Shown here: piece by piece, positions 12,151 to 22,345 of the stretch
Layout: each line of letters starts with the position of its first letter
Position numbering within the stretch: the stretch's first letter is position 1
Assembly: GCA_963837175.1 (NCBI GenBank)
Contig: CAWIMJ010000027.1
Span: 1 to 28,407, forward strand
DNA length: 28,407 nucleotides
Direction of reading: 5' to 3'
DNA from: an uncultured Nitrososphaeraceae archaeon
Lineage (GTDB): Archaea > Thermoproteota > Nitrososphaeria > Nitrososphaerales > Nitrososphaeraceae
Notes under the pieces: generated by a model
Database searches by the model: none
What the model was told of the DNA's origin: nothing
What the model saw: the letters and a program-made list of their open reading frames with translations, nothing else
Position numbers and translations under genes: made by a program

Positions 12151-12608
12151 ACCTGTCATATTATCATTATTTGATGATCAGATAGCAATCATATCGTAAT
12201 CTAATGTGAGTGGGATGGCTTTCATAGAAGTCGTATATGCATACACGACGTTTGAATTTTAATCACTCATCATTATCAAATAAATAATGCAAAATTTTAT
12301 CGTGCGAAATTGTAAATTATATGATACTATGAGAGCAAAAATTGCCAAAATCAATTACGAACATGTCATACATTATTATCTACGGAGGAATTTATTAACG
12401 CATTCATCAAATGAATGAAAGATAGACCTGCTGATAATGTGTCATATGTGTGTGCAAATATTATATTATTTACGAATATATGATTTAAAAGATTGAAATA
12501 TCACTTGCTGTGACACAAACAGAATCATTGGAATTATCTCCAAACATTGGGTATCTTCAGATAACATTGACGCAAAGCTGAATTTTGCAATTCCCCCAAT
12601 TCCTTAGA

Positions 12609-14162
12609 TTAGCTTGCTGTTGTTGTTGCCACCTTCGATGCAGTTGAAGGATCCAACAGGAGCTTATCTGCTAAATGTCTGTTGCTGTTAAAGTCAAACA
12701 TATTTGTAAGCAAACCAGCTTTTTCATCAAAGGATTGGTTACCAATACGTCCTAGATTCCAGTTATCTTCTATGAATCGAAGGATTGATGTCTGGTCAGT
12801 TATTTGGTGGTCTATAAAGTTGACTTTTGCATATGGAGATATTACCAATAATGGTAGACGCGGTCCATACCCACAGCGGTCTTGATATGCGTCTGCTGGA
12901 GCATGTCCACAGAGCTCGGTAGAGCCAAGAAGAGCATCATATTTAGGGTCATTTGATTGGCTAACTATTGGAGGCATGACATGGTCATACCAACCATCTG
13001 AATCATCATAGGCTATTATTACTGCAGTACTATTCCATACTGGTAGGCCTTGCAACTTGTTGGTGGTATTAACAAGGAATGCCTGTTCATCTATTGGATT
13101 GGAATATCCTGCATGTCCATCTTGATACCTAGAAGCCTTCAAGAAGCTTACAGATGGCATGTTTCCTGCCCGCTGCGTTCCAGAAATCACTCAAGTCATA
13201 TTGATGATTTGCTTGGTCAGTCTTACCAATCATTGCAATAGAAGTGGGAGGTAGATGATGAGGATTTGCTGTTGATTTGTAATACTGAAAAGGTTCGTGG
13301 TGGGCGCTGTAATCTTTTTGAATCTTGTTAGCGATGTTCTTGTGAGTGGAATCACAAATGGCTTTGCCATCAGCTGTCTTACTAGTTGGTTTGAATCCTC
13401 CTTGAAACCATCCCCAATCTATGTTTTTGGCATTTAGAAGATCACCAATATTCTTTCCTTGCATCATAACCTGTGCTTTTGAACAATCGTCAAACTTGGG
13501 ATATGGGTCTTCTATGATGGTTCCATTTATAACATTATCATCAGCAACATTGGGTGGGATTGCACCATGTGTTTGACCAGAAATTAAATTAATGGCACCT
13601 GGTGTTGATGGTCCAAATGTAGAGCTATATGAGTTGTCACTCATTGAAAAGTGCTGGGCATAATTCCATAGTGCTGTTACAGTATTGCCATCGTAATATC
13701 CCATAACCTGCTTTGGGTTACATCCAGGATCAGTTGAACCGGTAAATTCTACAAATTTATCTACCAGTCCTCCATGGTATGCCTTCTGTTCAGCCAAATA
13801 ATCATGATTCATATCACAAGTTACAGCTTCTGACCTGCCTAGTCTGAATGGGTTGACCGAGAAATTGCCGTTAGGGTTGTTGGTCAAAAGAGCTTTTGTT
13901 AATCCGTTAGCCGAAGGTGTGTTAGGATCAGCACTAAATTTAGGTTCTTGTTGTGAGTGGTTGGTTGCATTAGGATATGTACCAAAGTAGTGATCATAAG
14001 AGATATTTTCCTGAAAGATGACTACAAGATGCTTGATAGGTGTAGTTGTTGTAGTTGCTGAAGGCGCCAAAGAAGAGCTTCGGCATTTATCGCCCCACCT
14101 GTAACAAGAGACAATATTAATGCAAACGATATAGACGATGATAATACTAATATTGTTTTCAT
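12609..14162 (-). CDS. Secreted phosphoesterase (phospholipase C / AcpA acid phosphatase family); frameshifts at about 14078 and about 13170
   Basis: PIKHLVVIFQENISYDHYFGTYP, FGPSTPGAINL, SAHHEPFQYY, DGHAGYS, YDDSDGWYDHV and GYGPRLPLLVISPYAK motifs. The signal peptide MKTILVLSSSISFALILSLVTGGAINAEA starts at ATG 14162 in another frame. Confidence 0.9.
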
Positions 14163-14326
14163 TGAATCAGAATAGTTAGACTGACATTTCAGATAATAGT
14201 TACTACATGTAAATATATGAGACTGGGACATAATTGATTTTCTAAATTATACAATATTTATATAGATTAAGCATTTTTGTCATGTTTTTTTAGAAAGAAT
14301 TAACTATCTCCAGTATGTAGTGTCCG

Positions 14327-14680
14327 ATGAATTATACTAAACTTCAAAATCCAAAATACCAAACATGCATAGATGTCTGCAATAACTGTATGGAAGCCTG
14401 CGAAGCTTGTTGTACAGCTTGTCTTTCTGATGCAAATAATGTTAGCATGATGACAAGATGCATAATGATGTGTCGTGATTGTGCTGATATGTGTATGATG
14501 ACATCTACTATGATGTGTAGAGGCAGTGAATATGTAAGACAGATGTGCAATATGTGTGCTGATATGTGTGATGCTTGTGCTATGGAATGTGAAAAATATG
14601 GTAACAAGATGGAACAATGTAAGCAATGTGCTGATATGTGTCGTGCATGCGCTCAAGAATGTAGGAATATGATGCGTTAA
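14327..14680 (+). CDS. Four-helix bundle copper-binding protein (DUF326 / Csp3-YhjQ-like), copy 1
   Basis: Repeated CxxxC/CxxC spacing, 22 Cys and 19 Met in 117 aa, no signal peptide. Confidence 0.9.
   Translation: MNYTKLQNPKYQTCIDVCNNCMEACEACCTACLSDANNVSMMTRCIMMCRDCADMCMMTSTMMCRGSEYVRQMCNMCADMCDACAMECEKYGNKMEQCKQCADMCRACAQECRNMMR
14335..14672 (+). repeat. 338-bp direct repeat, copy 1 (copy 2 at 18873-19210)
   Basis: Endpoints read by eye; antisense ORF translations in the track are identical for both copies. Confidence 0.92.
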
Positions 14681-14842
14681 AAGCCAAAAAAATTAATTAA
14701 AATACACACATATACACACAAAATAAAAGAATTATCAACTTCTTTATTCCCAATTTATTATAACTTTTTGTTGTTGATGAAGGTCAGATTATGCATGTCA
14801 TCTAGGTTTACAGAAAAAAGAATTAATTGATGCTTCATATAT

Positions 14843-14877
14843 ATGCAAATTGTGCATTTTTCATGGTAAATTAGCAT
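14843..14877. promoter_or_regulatory. Tandem 15-bp dyad boxes upstream of Zn-ribbon gene 1
   Basis: ATGCAAATTGTGCAT (14843) and ATGGTAAATTAGCAT (14863); TTATAT at 14890. Confidence 0.75.
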
Positions 14878-14928
14878 ATTTAGATTTAATTATATTGCCA
14901 ATGTATCATATATACAATACTCATAGAA

Positions 14929-15189
14929 ATGTCTCAATTCCTTAGCTCAAAAGCACTGCCACCACAACAAAGAAACAAACTGTTACCATATGTCAGATAC
15001 AAAAAGGAAGAACAGCAACAAGGTAATGAAAGGATATTAGTTATGTACAAATATTTCCTATCCTGCAATTCCTGTGCATGGAACATATCGTATTGTGAAT
15101 CTTCCGGATTGCTAGATGTTTCTGAGGAATTTGTAAACTGTCCTATCTGCAAAACTGGTAGAGTAGCATCATCCAAACACCTGCTGTAG
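14929..15189 (+). CDS. Small Zn-ribbon-like protein (CxxC...CxxC)
   Basis: FLSCNSCAWNISY...CPICKTGRV; paralogous to 19585..19926. Confidence 0.75.
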   Translation: MSQFLSSKALPPQQRNKLLPYVRYKKEEQQQGNERILVMYKYFLSCNSCAWNISYCESSGLLDVSEEFVNCPICKTGRVASSKHLL

Positions 15190-15825
15190 GTAATATTCCT
15201 TGATGTTGTTCATTGGATCTTTATATTATACTAATGCAGAAAATAGGATAGTTGCATTGATTTGGGGCCGAAACTAGTAATCTTGGCTAAACACTAGCTC
15301 TGTTATAGTAGTGATATATTCTCTATAACATCTATCAGAAAAAGCGCAAGCTATAATAAAATGATAAGATTACCATCAAATACAGAATGATATGGTAATT
15401 TTTGATGTGATAATTTGATGGTGACAAATCATTTCCTCTAATTATATAATACAAATAAAATTATTGGATATATTATTATTTTAGAGGCAATGATGCTGAT
15501 ACATAGTGACAAGTTCGGCAATAACATCTATTGGAATTATCGGGACGATATTATAGAAAAGAAGAACCAGAGGAGTTTTTACTTGAAGAAAAATGTAGAA
15601 AAGATGTATTGCAGAGCGTTACAATAAAAGAATATTGATAATAAATCTGATTTTATATTATTTGTTTTTATTCTGTAGTGACTTATCATTCATCACCAAT
15701 AGTATCATTAAGCAGCAAGCATTAGTAGTCGCTGATCACTTGGTAGAAGTATAAAACAGATGATCACATAATTCAGATACCCAATAAAACCTGACTTGTA
15801 CTCATAATTATATACTCAAATATTC

Positions 15826-16029
15826 ATGAAATATATGCAAATTTATAAGACTAAGAAATTCATTTTTGTTATAGCCTTAACTATTGTTGTTATTGTTGCT
15901 CTTACATTCACCTTCATATCTATAGATAACCTATTTGTCACTGCACAAACAAATGACCTGCTCCTCTCTTATTCCTCCAATCAAATCATCTGTGCTGCAG
16001 TAATTATCTATATTCCCAAACCCGTTTAG
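15826..16029 (+). pseudogene. Probable truncated secreted protein (signal peptide plus short tail)
   Basis: KTKKFIFVIALTIVVIVALTFTF...VTAQ signal-like N-terminus followed by an early stop. Confidence 0.4.
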
Positions 16030-16385
16030 CCAAAGTGATACATACCGAATAGAAGATTCAATAAATTATCATAATAGTAAAGGTGATATTGCTGATTGAT
16101 TTAATAAGAGCAGTATTAGTTTCAATGTCATATTACTATATTATTCATCATCAACAATTAGTATTCTTTTCATTAATTGCTGCTCCAAAAATTACTTGCC
16201 GATTAATTATTTATTATTGCTTCTGAAATGCTAATTTCAAAGTTTACATCCACCTATTATCACTAACTTGAGTAAATTAATTCAAAGATTAGAAGATTAC
16301 ACCTATTTTAGATGGAAATAACAAAACAACAAAAAGGTATTGATAATAGGACATATTAGGCTGGCAACATAACTAAATCCGAAGT

Positions 16386-16514
16386 ATGCAAAATGGATGT
16401 GATATATGCATTATTGACATGATTTGAAAATGAGCCGATATGTAGTGTTGAATATACAATATCTATTGATACTGAATACAGGTAACAAATACCTATAACC
16501 TTAGTATTTTGCAT
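16386..16514. promoter_or_regulatory. Two pairs of dyad boxes upstream of the secreted protein
   Basis: ATGCAAAATGGATGT (16386), ATGCATTATTGACAT (16406), AGGTAACAAATACCT (16480), CTTAGTATTTTGCAT (16500); ATATAT at 16527. Confidence 0.6.
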
Positions 16515-16558
16515 CTTTAAAAGCGGATATATGTAGAACATTACAAAATAATAAGATA

Positions 16559-16897
16559 ATGTCATATACAAAACATTACCTGACAATTGCAGCATTGATG
16601 ATGTTGCTATTGGCTGCAGCCATCGTAACTAATCCTATAAATGTTGCAATTGCACAGCAACCAACTACAACAACAACAAATCAATCTGACATAAATGTAG
16701 ACGAGAAAATAGATGAGTTGAAGGCAAAGTTTCCAGAATTAAATTCACCTCAAGGAAATGAAGTGAAGGATTTAATTCAAAAAGTACTGAGTTTAGACAA
16801 AGAACAAGCCCTCAAGGTGTTAGCGGCTTTCCACATTCTGAGAAATCTGCAGGAATACAAAGAGATTTCGTCTGGAGGTACTAATAGCACTAGTTGA
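16559..16897 (+). CDS. Small secreted hypothetical protein
   Basis: Signal peptide ending AIA-QQ, Thr-rich linker, helical-looking mature part. Confidence 0.8.
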   Translation: MSYTKHYLTIAALMMLLLAAAIVTNPINVAIAQQPTTTTTNQSDINVDEKIDELKAKFPELNSPQGNEVKDLIQKVLSLDKEQALKVLAAFHILRNLQEYKEISSGGTNSTS

Positions 16898-17001
16898 TTT
16901 TCATAAGTACCACACAGATCATTGAAATGAACTTTCCTATCCTATTTTTTGTGATTACAAGTAATGTTAATTCAGAATAGATGTTAAAATATTTCATTTT
17001 T

Positions 17002-17310
17002 CTAAAAGATTATAATTGACAAATTCCATTCTCTTCTGTCTATTTTATCATCAGATGCAGCGGCTAAAATATTATTATTAGTAGTAACTCTATCTTTGAA
17101 TTTAAATTGAGACTTTGGAGAATTGATTCAAACATACTATTGCGTATTGTCCTACCTCTATTTTTTCCCTTTGGTTTTGTGGATTCTTTAGAATTTTTTT
17201 CGATATTGTCATCATATCTATCTATCTATACCAATTAGCATAGGTTTTCTAATTGATTTTTGAAATAGTTCTTCATATTCATGTTGAAATGTTGGTTCTG
17301 AAATACTCAT
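17002..17310 (-). pseudogene. Hypothetical gene interrupted at a tetranucleotide (ATAG) repeat
   Basis: MSISEPTFQHEYEELFQKSIRKPMLIGIDR then stop. Removing one 4-bp unit near 17216-17229 restores YDDNIEKNSKESTKPKGKNRGRTIRNSMFESILQSLNLKF... Confidence 0.5.
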
Positions 17311-17520
17311 TTATTACTTTTGTAGATTCTGTGAATGATGATTGCATCCTTTATACAAATATTCAAAAAAAAAACGATTCACAAAGTTTAGTCTTGTTAT
17401 GTCAAATTTATTGTTTATTACCATTCCTACTAATATTTGTGGATAATAGCGGAAAGCCTGAGAGACAATGCAGACTTTTACTTAACCAACATTTTAAGAG
17501 CCATTCTGTGTGTTTTTCAC

Positions 17521-17805
17521 TTATCTTTCCTTTATTTGATATTTTGGAAGTATGTTGATATCTATCACAGTATAATGTGTATGTATCAAGGGATTATCTA
17601 ATATTATTTTTAAATATGCTATTTCGGATTCTATATACTTTTTATCAATTTCATTATTAATGTTGTAATCTGTGGCGTATTTTAAAAGCCTTTCACACGC
17701 ATTCAATTCTTCAAATATGATTTCTCTTTTATCAAGACATACGTTATGATATGAATCAACCATTCTGTAAGTTATTTTCTTAGTACTACCGGTTGTATTG
17801 CACAT
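17521..17805 (-). CDS. Small helical hypothetical protein
   Basis: 94-aa ORF with amphipathic helices (CLDKREIIFEELNACERLLKY...IESEIAYLKIILD). Confidence 0.65.
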   Translation of the reverse strand: MCNTTGSTKKITYRMVDSYHNVCLDKREIIFEELNACERLLKYATDYNINNEIDKKYIESEIAYLKIILDNPLIHTHYTVIDINILPKYQIKER

Positions 17806-18088
17806 TACATATATCTATATGATATGCTTTTTCCAGATTTGCGGACTTATATCTGAGTTAGATGTGTTTCACATGCTGTACAAGAAACTGGGGCAATTCT
17901 TAAAGTCTTAAAATTATATAGCAAAATCATATAATTTTATTTGAGGAGACTATTTTCATTTGCCATTACATTTCGTGTAATTGTTATAATGTTTTTTTAG
18001 CTGTTGTAATATAATCATTATATAAGTATAATTGTGTGCGTGTTTTATGTATATTACTTCTATCACATACGCATCTTTGAAATGATAT

Positions 18089-18185
18089 GTGCAAATATCG
18101 AATGCAAAATTGCTAATTTGCATATTTGATTATATAACTAATTTTGATTTATGCTAAGGTTGCATTTTATTTGTTAAAATTACAC
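18089..18185. promoter_or_regulatory. Two pairs of dyad boxes
   Basis: GTGCAAATATCGAAT (18089), ATTGCTAATTTGCAT (18109), ATGCTAAGGTTGCAT (18151), TTGTTAAAATTACAC (18171); TTATAT at 18198 and ATG at 18229. Confidence 0.7.
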
Positions 18186-18228
18186 ATTTAAAATGAGTTA
18201 TATCAAACCGTTTGTATTATATACAGTA

Positions 18229-18501
18229 ATGTCTGTTACCAAAATGTCGTCATCATCATCAATAAGAAAGATGAATGATAATGATGATATTACTGCAAAT
18301 CAAAGACCACCAAAGATCTTTATTCTTGTAGAAGGTAACAGAAAGGAGGCTGAAATATGAGGTAAATAAATAACAAATAGACCTAGACTATGTTTTGTTC
18401 AAAGGTCAAAGGGGTAAAGACAAAATTAGATAGAGGATGAACGAAGGAGGTCAACTGTTCCTATAGTAGAGTTATCTGTCATGTCAGATAATAATAGTAT
18501 A
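18229..18501 (+). pseudogene. Short or decayed ORF behind an intact dyad promoter
   Basis: MSVTKMSSSSSIRKMNDNDDITANQRPPKIFILVEGNRKEAEI* (to 18360). The same frame continues protein-like through further stops (ITNRPRLCFVQRSKG*...IEDERRRSTVPIVELSVMSDIIV*). Confidence 0.5.
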
Positions 18502-18731
18502 GCAGTGTTATTCATATTATCTTCTCCGGAAATTGTACCGGTTGTCATATAATTCACCTATCTCTCTCTTCCTCTTCCCTCCTTCTCTACTACTTCTCTT
18601 TTGTCAACTAAATTAGTATATTATTCAAAAATATCTATTATCAAGCAACAAAACCAATGATCCTCTACAATAATGAGGATCTTTTATTTTTCATTATTCT
18701 CCACATCATTTCACTTTAACATAAAATGTAT

Positions 18732-18819
18732 ATGCAATTTTTGCATGTTATATGTGTATTTAGATCACAATATTGATATTTTATATGCTAATATTGCATA
18801 TTTTTGATTAATTTTGCAT
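18732..18819. promoter_or_regulatory. Two pairs of dyad boxes upstream of copper-binding protein copy 2
   Basis: ATGCAATTTTTGCAT (18732), ATGTGTATTTAGATC (18752), ATGCTAATATTGCAT (18785), TGATTAATTTTGCAT (18805); TTTATATA at 18823. Confidence 0.75.
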
Positions 18820-18852
18820 ACTTTTATATACTATACTTTGGATGGTAATGCA

Positions 18853-19218
18853 ATGAGTAATAAAACAACTACTACTAAACTTCAAAATCCAAAATACCAA
18901 ACATGCATAGATGTCTGCAATAACTGTATGGAAGCCTGCGAAGCTTGTTGTACAGCTTGTCTTTCTGATGCAAATAATGTTAGCATGATGACAAGATGCA
19001 TAATGATGTGTCGTGATTGTGCTGATATGTGTATGATGACATCTACTATGATGTGTAGAGGCAGTGAATATGTAAGACAGATGTGCAATATGTGTGCTGA
19101 TATGTGTGATGCTTGTGCTATGGAATGTGAAAAATATGGTAACAAGATGGAACAATGTAAGCAATGTGCTGATATGTGTCGTGCATGCGCTCAAGAATGT
19201 AGGAATATGACACGCTAA
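18853..19218 (+). CDS. Four-helix bundle copper-binding protein (DUF326 / Csp3-YhjQ-like), copy 2
   Basis: Identical to copy 1 except at the termini. ATG 18853 (MSNKTTTTKLQ) is preferred over the track's TTG at 18814. Confidence 0.9.
   Translation: MSNKTTTTKLQNPKYQTCIDVCNNCMEACEACCTACLSDANNVSMMTRCIMMCRDCADMCMMTSTMMCRGSEYVRQMCNMCADMCDACAMECEKYGNKMEQCKQCADMCRACAQECRNMTR
18873..19210 (+). repeat. 338-bp direct repeat, copy 2
   Basis: Matches 14335-14672. Confidence 0.92.
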
Positions 19219-19505
19219 TCCTTTTCTTTTTAATTTGTGTTATGCTAAGATCCGATTAAATAATGTAGATAAACTCCAGATATTGTGTTTTTTTGATCTA
19301 TCAATCCCAACGTCTTGATCCATCAAAAAATCATATTTGAAAGCAATCGATTATTAGTATATCTACATCCCATCGCATTGGACTGGTTTCATCTTGCTTC
19401 TTTTAGAATATTTCTGATGGATATTTAATTACAAATCACTTAATAACATGTTTTAAAGAATAGTTCAGGTTATGAATATCCTAATTATAGTTTATTTATC
19501 ATTTA

Positions 19506-19540
19506 CTGCAAAAAAGGCATGTAATATGTTTACATTGCAT
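19506..19540. promoter_or_regulatory. Tandem dyad boxes upstream of Zn-ribbon gene 2
   Basis: CTGCAAAAAAGGCAT (19506) and ATGTTTACATTGCAT (19526); TTATAT at 19553. Confidence 0.75.
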
Positions 19541-19584
19541 ATTTGAATCCACTTATATCCTGGCAGCATATATACATATGATTA

Positions 19585-19926
19585 ATGTCTGTCATAGAAG
19601 CACTACCACCATCAGTAGAAGACAAAGAACAAATAAGAAAAACGATAAGGACTGTAGAAGAACAGAATGAAAGAAGAAGGAGTGATGCTACAACAAGACT
19701 AAACGTTCAAAATGTTATAACACAAATACAATTCTTATTATGTCAGTCTTGTTTTTGGTGTGCATCTTATATTGGTTTATCAAGCAACGTAAAGACAGTC
19801 GACTTAATTAAATGTCTAATTTGCAAAAATGGTAAAATAGAATCATTACCAATTGCAAATAATGAACGTTACAAATTTGATCACAATCAGAATTATGGAG
19901 TGATGCTACAATTCCTCAAAAGATAA
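19585..19926 (+). CDS. Small Zn-ribbon-like protein (CxxC...CxxC)
   Basis: FLLCQSCFWCASY...CLICKNGKIESLPI. Confidence 0.8.
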   Translation: MSVIEALPPSVEDKEQIRKTIRTVEEQNERRRSDATTRLNVQNVITQIQFLLCQSCFWCASYIGLSSNVKTVDLIKCLICKNGKIESLPIANNERYKFDHNQNYGVMLQFLKR

Positions 19927-20279
19927 AGATAAAAGATAAAGAGAGTAGATGATGATTAATAATATTAGTTGTATCAAAGACAAAGGAGTCTGATCAAACA
20001 AATTTAAAGATATATTTTATTTTATTTTTCTATAGTATTAGCAACTATTTTTCCATATTTTGACCAAGAGCCGCCATAATTCTTTATGTGTGTGTTTCAA
20101 ATAAATATTTTAGAATAAACTAGGTACGTGAAGACTTTGATTTATTCTGCAGTATGCGATGACTTCATTGCTATGAGTTGTTGGTCTAGATTGATCTTCC
20201 ATCTCCTCTTTGGTTTAATGCGCCCATCAAAGATGATGGCTTGTCCTCAAATTATGCTTTTTCTGCTCTTGAATATGTC

Positions 20280-20820
20280 ATCCAATATGAGAATATTATG
20301 TCGCATATTCCGGTGAAGTAAAGATTTCTCCGGTAAATTCTTTTTGGCTTCTAACATCGACCAATAATCTTTGTTGCTAAGGATTTCTTTACCTATTCGA
20401 GAAAGACCCATCTGATATTATTATTGGTTCTGCGGCCTTGAAATTCCTTTGGAATAAGTTGGAAGGTCTTTGATAATTGGCCAAACTTCTTCCAGCCATT
20501 TCTTTCTTCCTTCGTTCTTGTCAATCTTTAATTCTTATAGATATAATACTTGAATACCCAGAATGTAATGCTCCAAACCAATTGTTGAAATCTCTAGACT
20601 ATTAACATTGCACCATTGCTGGCATCTGAACTCCAATAATTCCTCACATATTTATCTACTCAGCACAATCATGTTAAGCAGTTCATTAATTTCTTTTTAC
20701 TACTCAAATAAAACAGCTTCTGGATCATTACCTCTTACCTTATAATCTTTTATGTGATTCTCTGCCTACCCTATTAATCTACCAAACTTTGCATAGTCAG
20801 ATGTAACCTTTCTGCTTGAT
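20280..20820 (-). pseudogene. Heavily decayed gene of unknown family
   Basis: Protein-like fragments (SRKVTSDYAKFGRLIG*AENHIKDYKVRG; KKWLEEVWPIIKDLPTYSKGIS; LSRIGKEILSNKDYWSML) broken by many stops; boundaries are approximate. Confidence 0.35.
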
Positions 20821-21065
20821 TATGCTTAAACTCAGACATATTGATATGTATATCGGATTTACAATATAAGCTAAGTCAAAAGATGCAAATAAGGGAAAAC
20901 CATGTAATTTCTTGTTTGGTCATTCTAAAATTGATTTACGCAGCTAATAAGTGAACATAAATAAATGGTCTGGGATGGTAAACAGAGTTGCTCTAAACAC
21001 TGAATTAGTATATTCATGTTTTTCTATGCTGCATCCTCTATTATGTTCCCAATCGTCATTAATTG

Positions 21066-22191
21066 TTAAAGAACACTATCAATACCTGTTTGTTCTTGTC
21101 CTCCTCCACCAATTGTAGGTAATCCTTTTTCGGATAATACTTCGTCTAATAGTTTCAAATCATATATTCCTGATAAATCAGGTCGTGTTTTTCCTAAAAA
21201 TCCAATATCAAATGCGCTGTTAGCTGACTGAAAGAGTGATAATTTAATAGGGTCATATGTTAATTCTAATCTTGCTAAAGATTCTCTTAACTGATCCTCA
21301 GGAATTGCCTGACCGGTAAGTTTTTTGAGCTCGACATTGAATGCTTTTATTGCTTCTTCTTTATGGCTGTTGATCCATTCTGTTTCATCTACATGTGCTG
21401 CCAACAATTTCTTTATCACATCTGGATTGTTTTGAAGATAATCTGTCCTAGCAACTATGTTTGATGTTACAAACTGTCCGTTTGGTGGCCAAAGATCTCT
21501 TTCATCTAAAAATAGTCTCGCATTTGCTTCTTTTATTAACCGTGCACCCCAAGGCTCTGGTACCCATGCACCATCAATCTCTTTCTTTAACATCAGAGTC
21601 AGTATATCAGCAGGTTTTGCAGGTACTACTTCTACATTTCCTCCATTCTCTTTTGTTTTGTATCCATTATTTAGTAAGTATTTTCTAAGAGCTACATCCT
21701 GAGTATTACCAAGCTGTGGAGAAGCAAATTTTTTATTTGCAAAATCTTTGGTTGATTGTATTCCTGAATCATTTCTAACTACGAAAACTGCTCCTCCACT
21801 TGATGCACCAGAAATTATTCTAAGATCTTTTCCTTGTGAAACAACATATGCATTGATTGCAGGATTGGGACCAACATATGTTACGTCAACTTGCTTTGCG
21901 AATAATGCCTCCATTGCTGATGGACCTGCGTTGAAAACAAATGTCTTGACCTCAACATTGTCGCCTAAATCTTTCTGAAATGTACCATTCCCCAAACCTA
22001 TTACTGCCTGTGCGTGATTGATATTTGGAAAATAGCCAATCTTCAAAGTTTTCTTTACTACACTGCCTTTTTCTCCACTAATACTAGAGTTATTAGTTTG
22101 CGAAAATGCTGGTGCAGTAGTAGGTATAACAATTGCTGCCTACAAGAATAATTGCGGCAGCAGTTATAGCAGATATTGTTTTTATATGCAT
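21066..22191 (-). CDS. ssuA: Aliphatic sulfonate/nitrate-type ABC transporter substrate-binding protein, copy 1; frameshift at about 22140
   Basis: IGYFPNINHAQA, FNAGPSAMEAL, YVGPNPAIN, ASPQLGNTQDVALR and DGAWVPEPW motifs. The signal MHIKTISAITAAAIILV-AAIVIPTTAPAFSQ is restored by removing one G. Confidence 0.88.
21336..22040 (-). repeat. 705-bp inverted repeat, left arm (right arm 26689-27393); second 81-bp identical block 21160-21240 / 27489-27569
   Basis: Endpoints read by eye; three antisense ORF translations are identical between the two arms. Confidence 0.92.
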
Positions 22192-22236
22192 ATGACGATA
22201 ATAATTTAATATCAGTGTATATGACTGCTTTCAAAT

Positions 22237-22302
22237 ATGCAAACCCTGAACAATATGCGCAAAAAACTATCATAAATAATATATATTTAGCACGCTTTGC
22301 TA
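22237..22302. promoter_or_regulatory. Dyad boxes in the divergent ssuA/comA-HTH intergenic region
   Basis: ATGCAAACCCTGAAC (22237, 46 bp from the ssuA ATG), GCGCAAAAAACTATC (22257), and palindromic TAGCACGCTTTGCTA (22288-22302, 44 bp from the comA TTG). Confidence 0.5.
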
Positions 22303-22345
22303 GTATCGCAAGTTCAATATATGTCATTTTAACACATATTATCAA

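Noticed and set aside
14300-14656. His-rich antisense ORFs (also 18808..19194, 14344..14607, 18882..19145)
   Set aside because: Shadows of the ATG/TGT-rich Csp genes.
21457-21978. Antisense ORFs in ssuA and their twins at 26751-27272; likewise those overlapping the Rieske, TIGR01777, phosphoesterase and hydrolase genes
   Set aside because: They overlap well-supported genes and are useful only as evidence of nucleotide identity.
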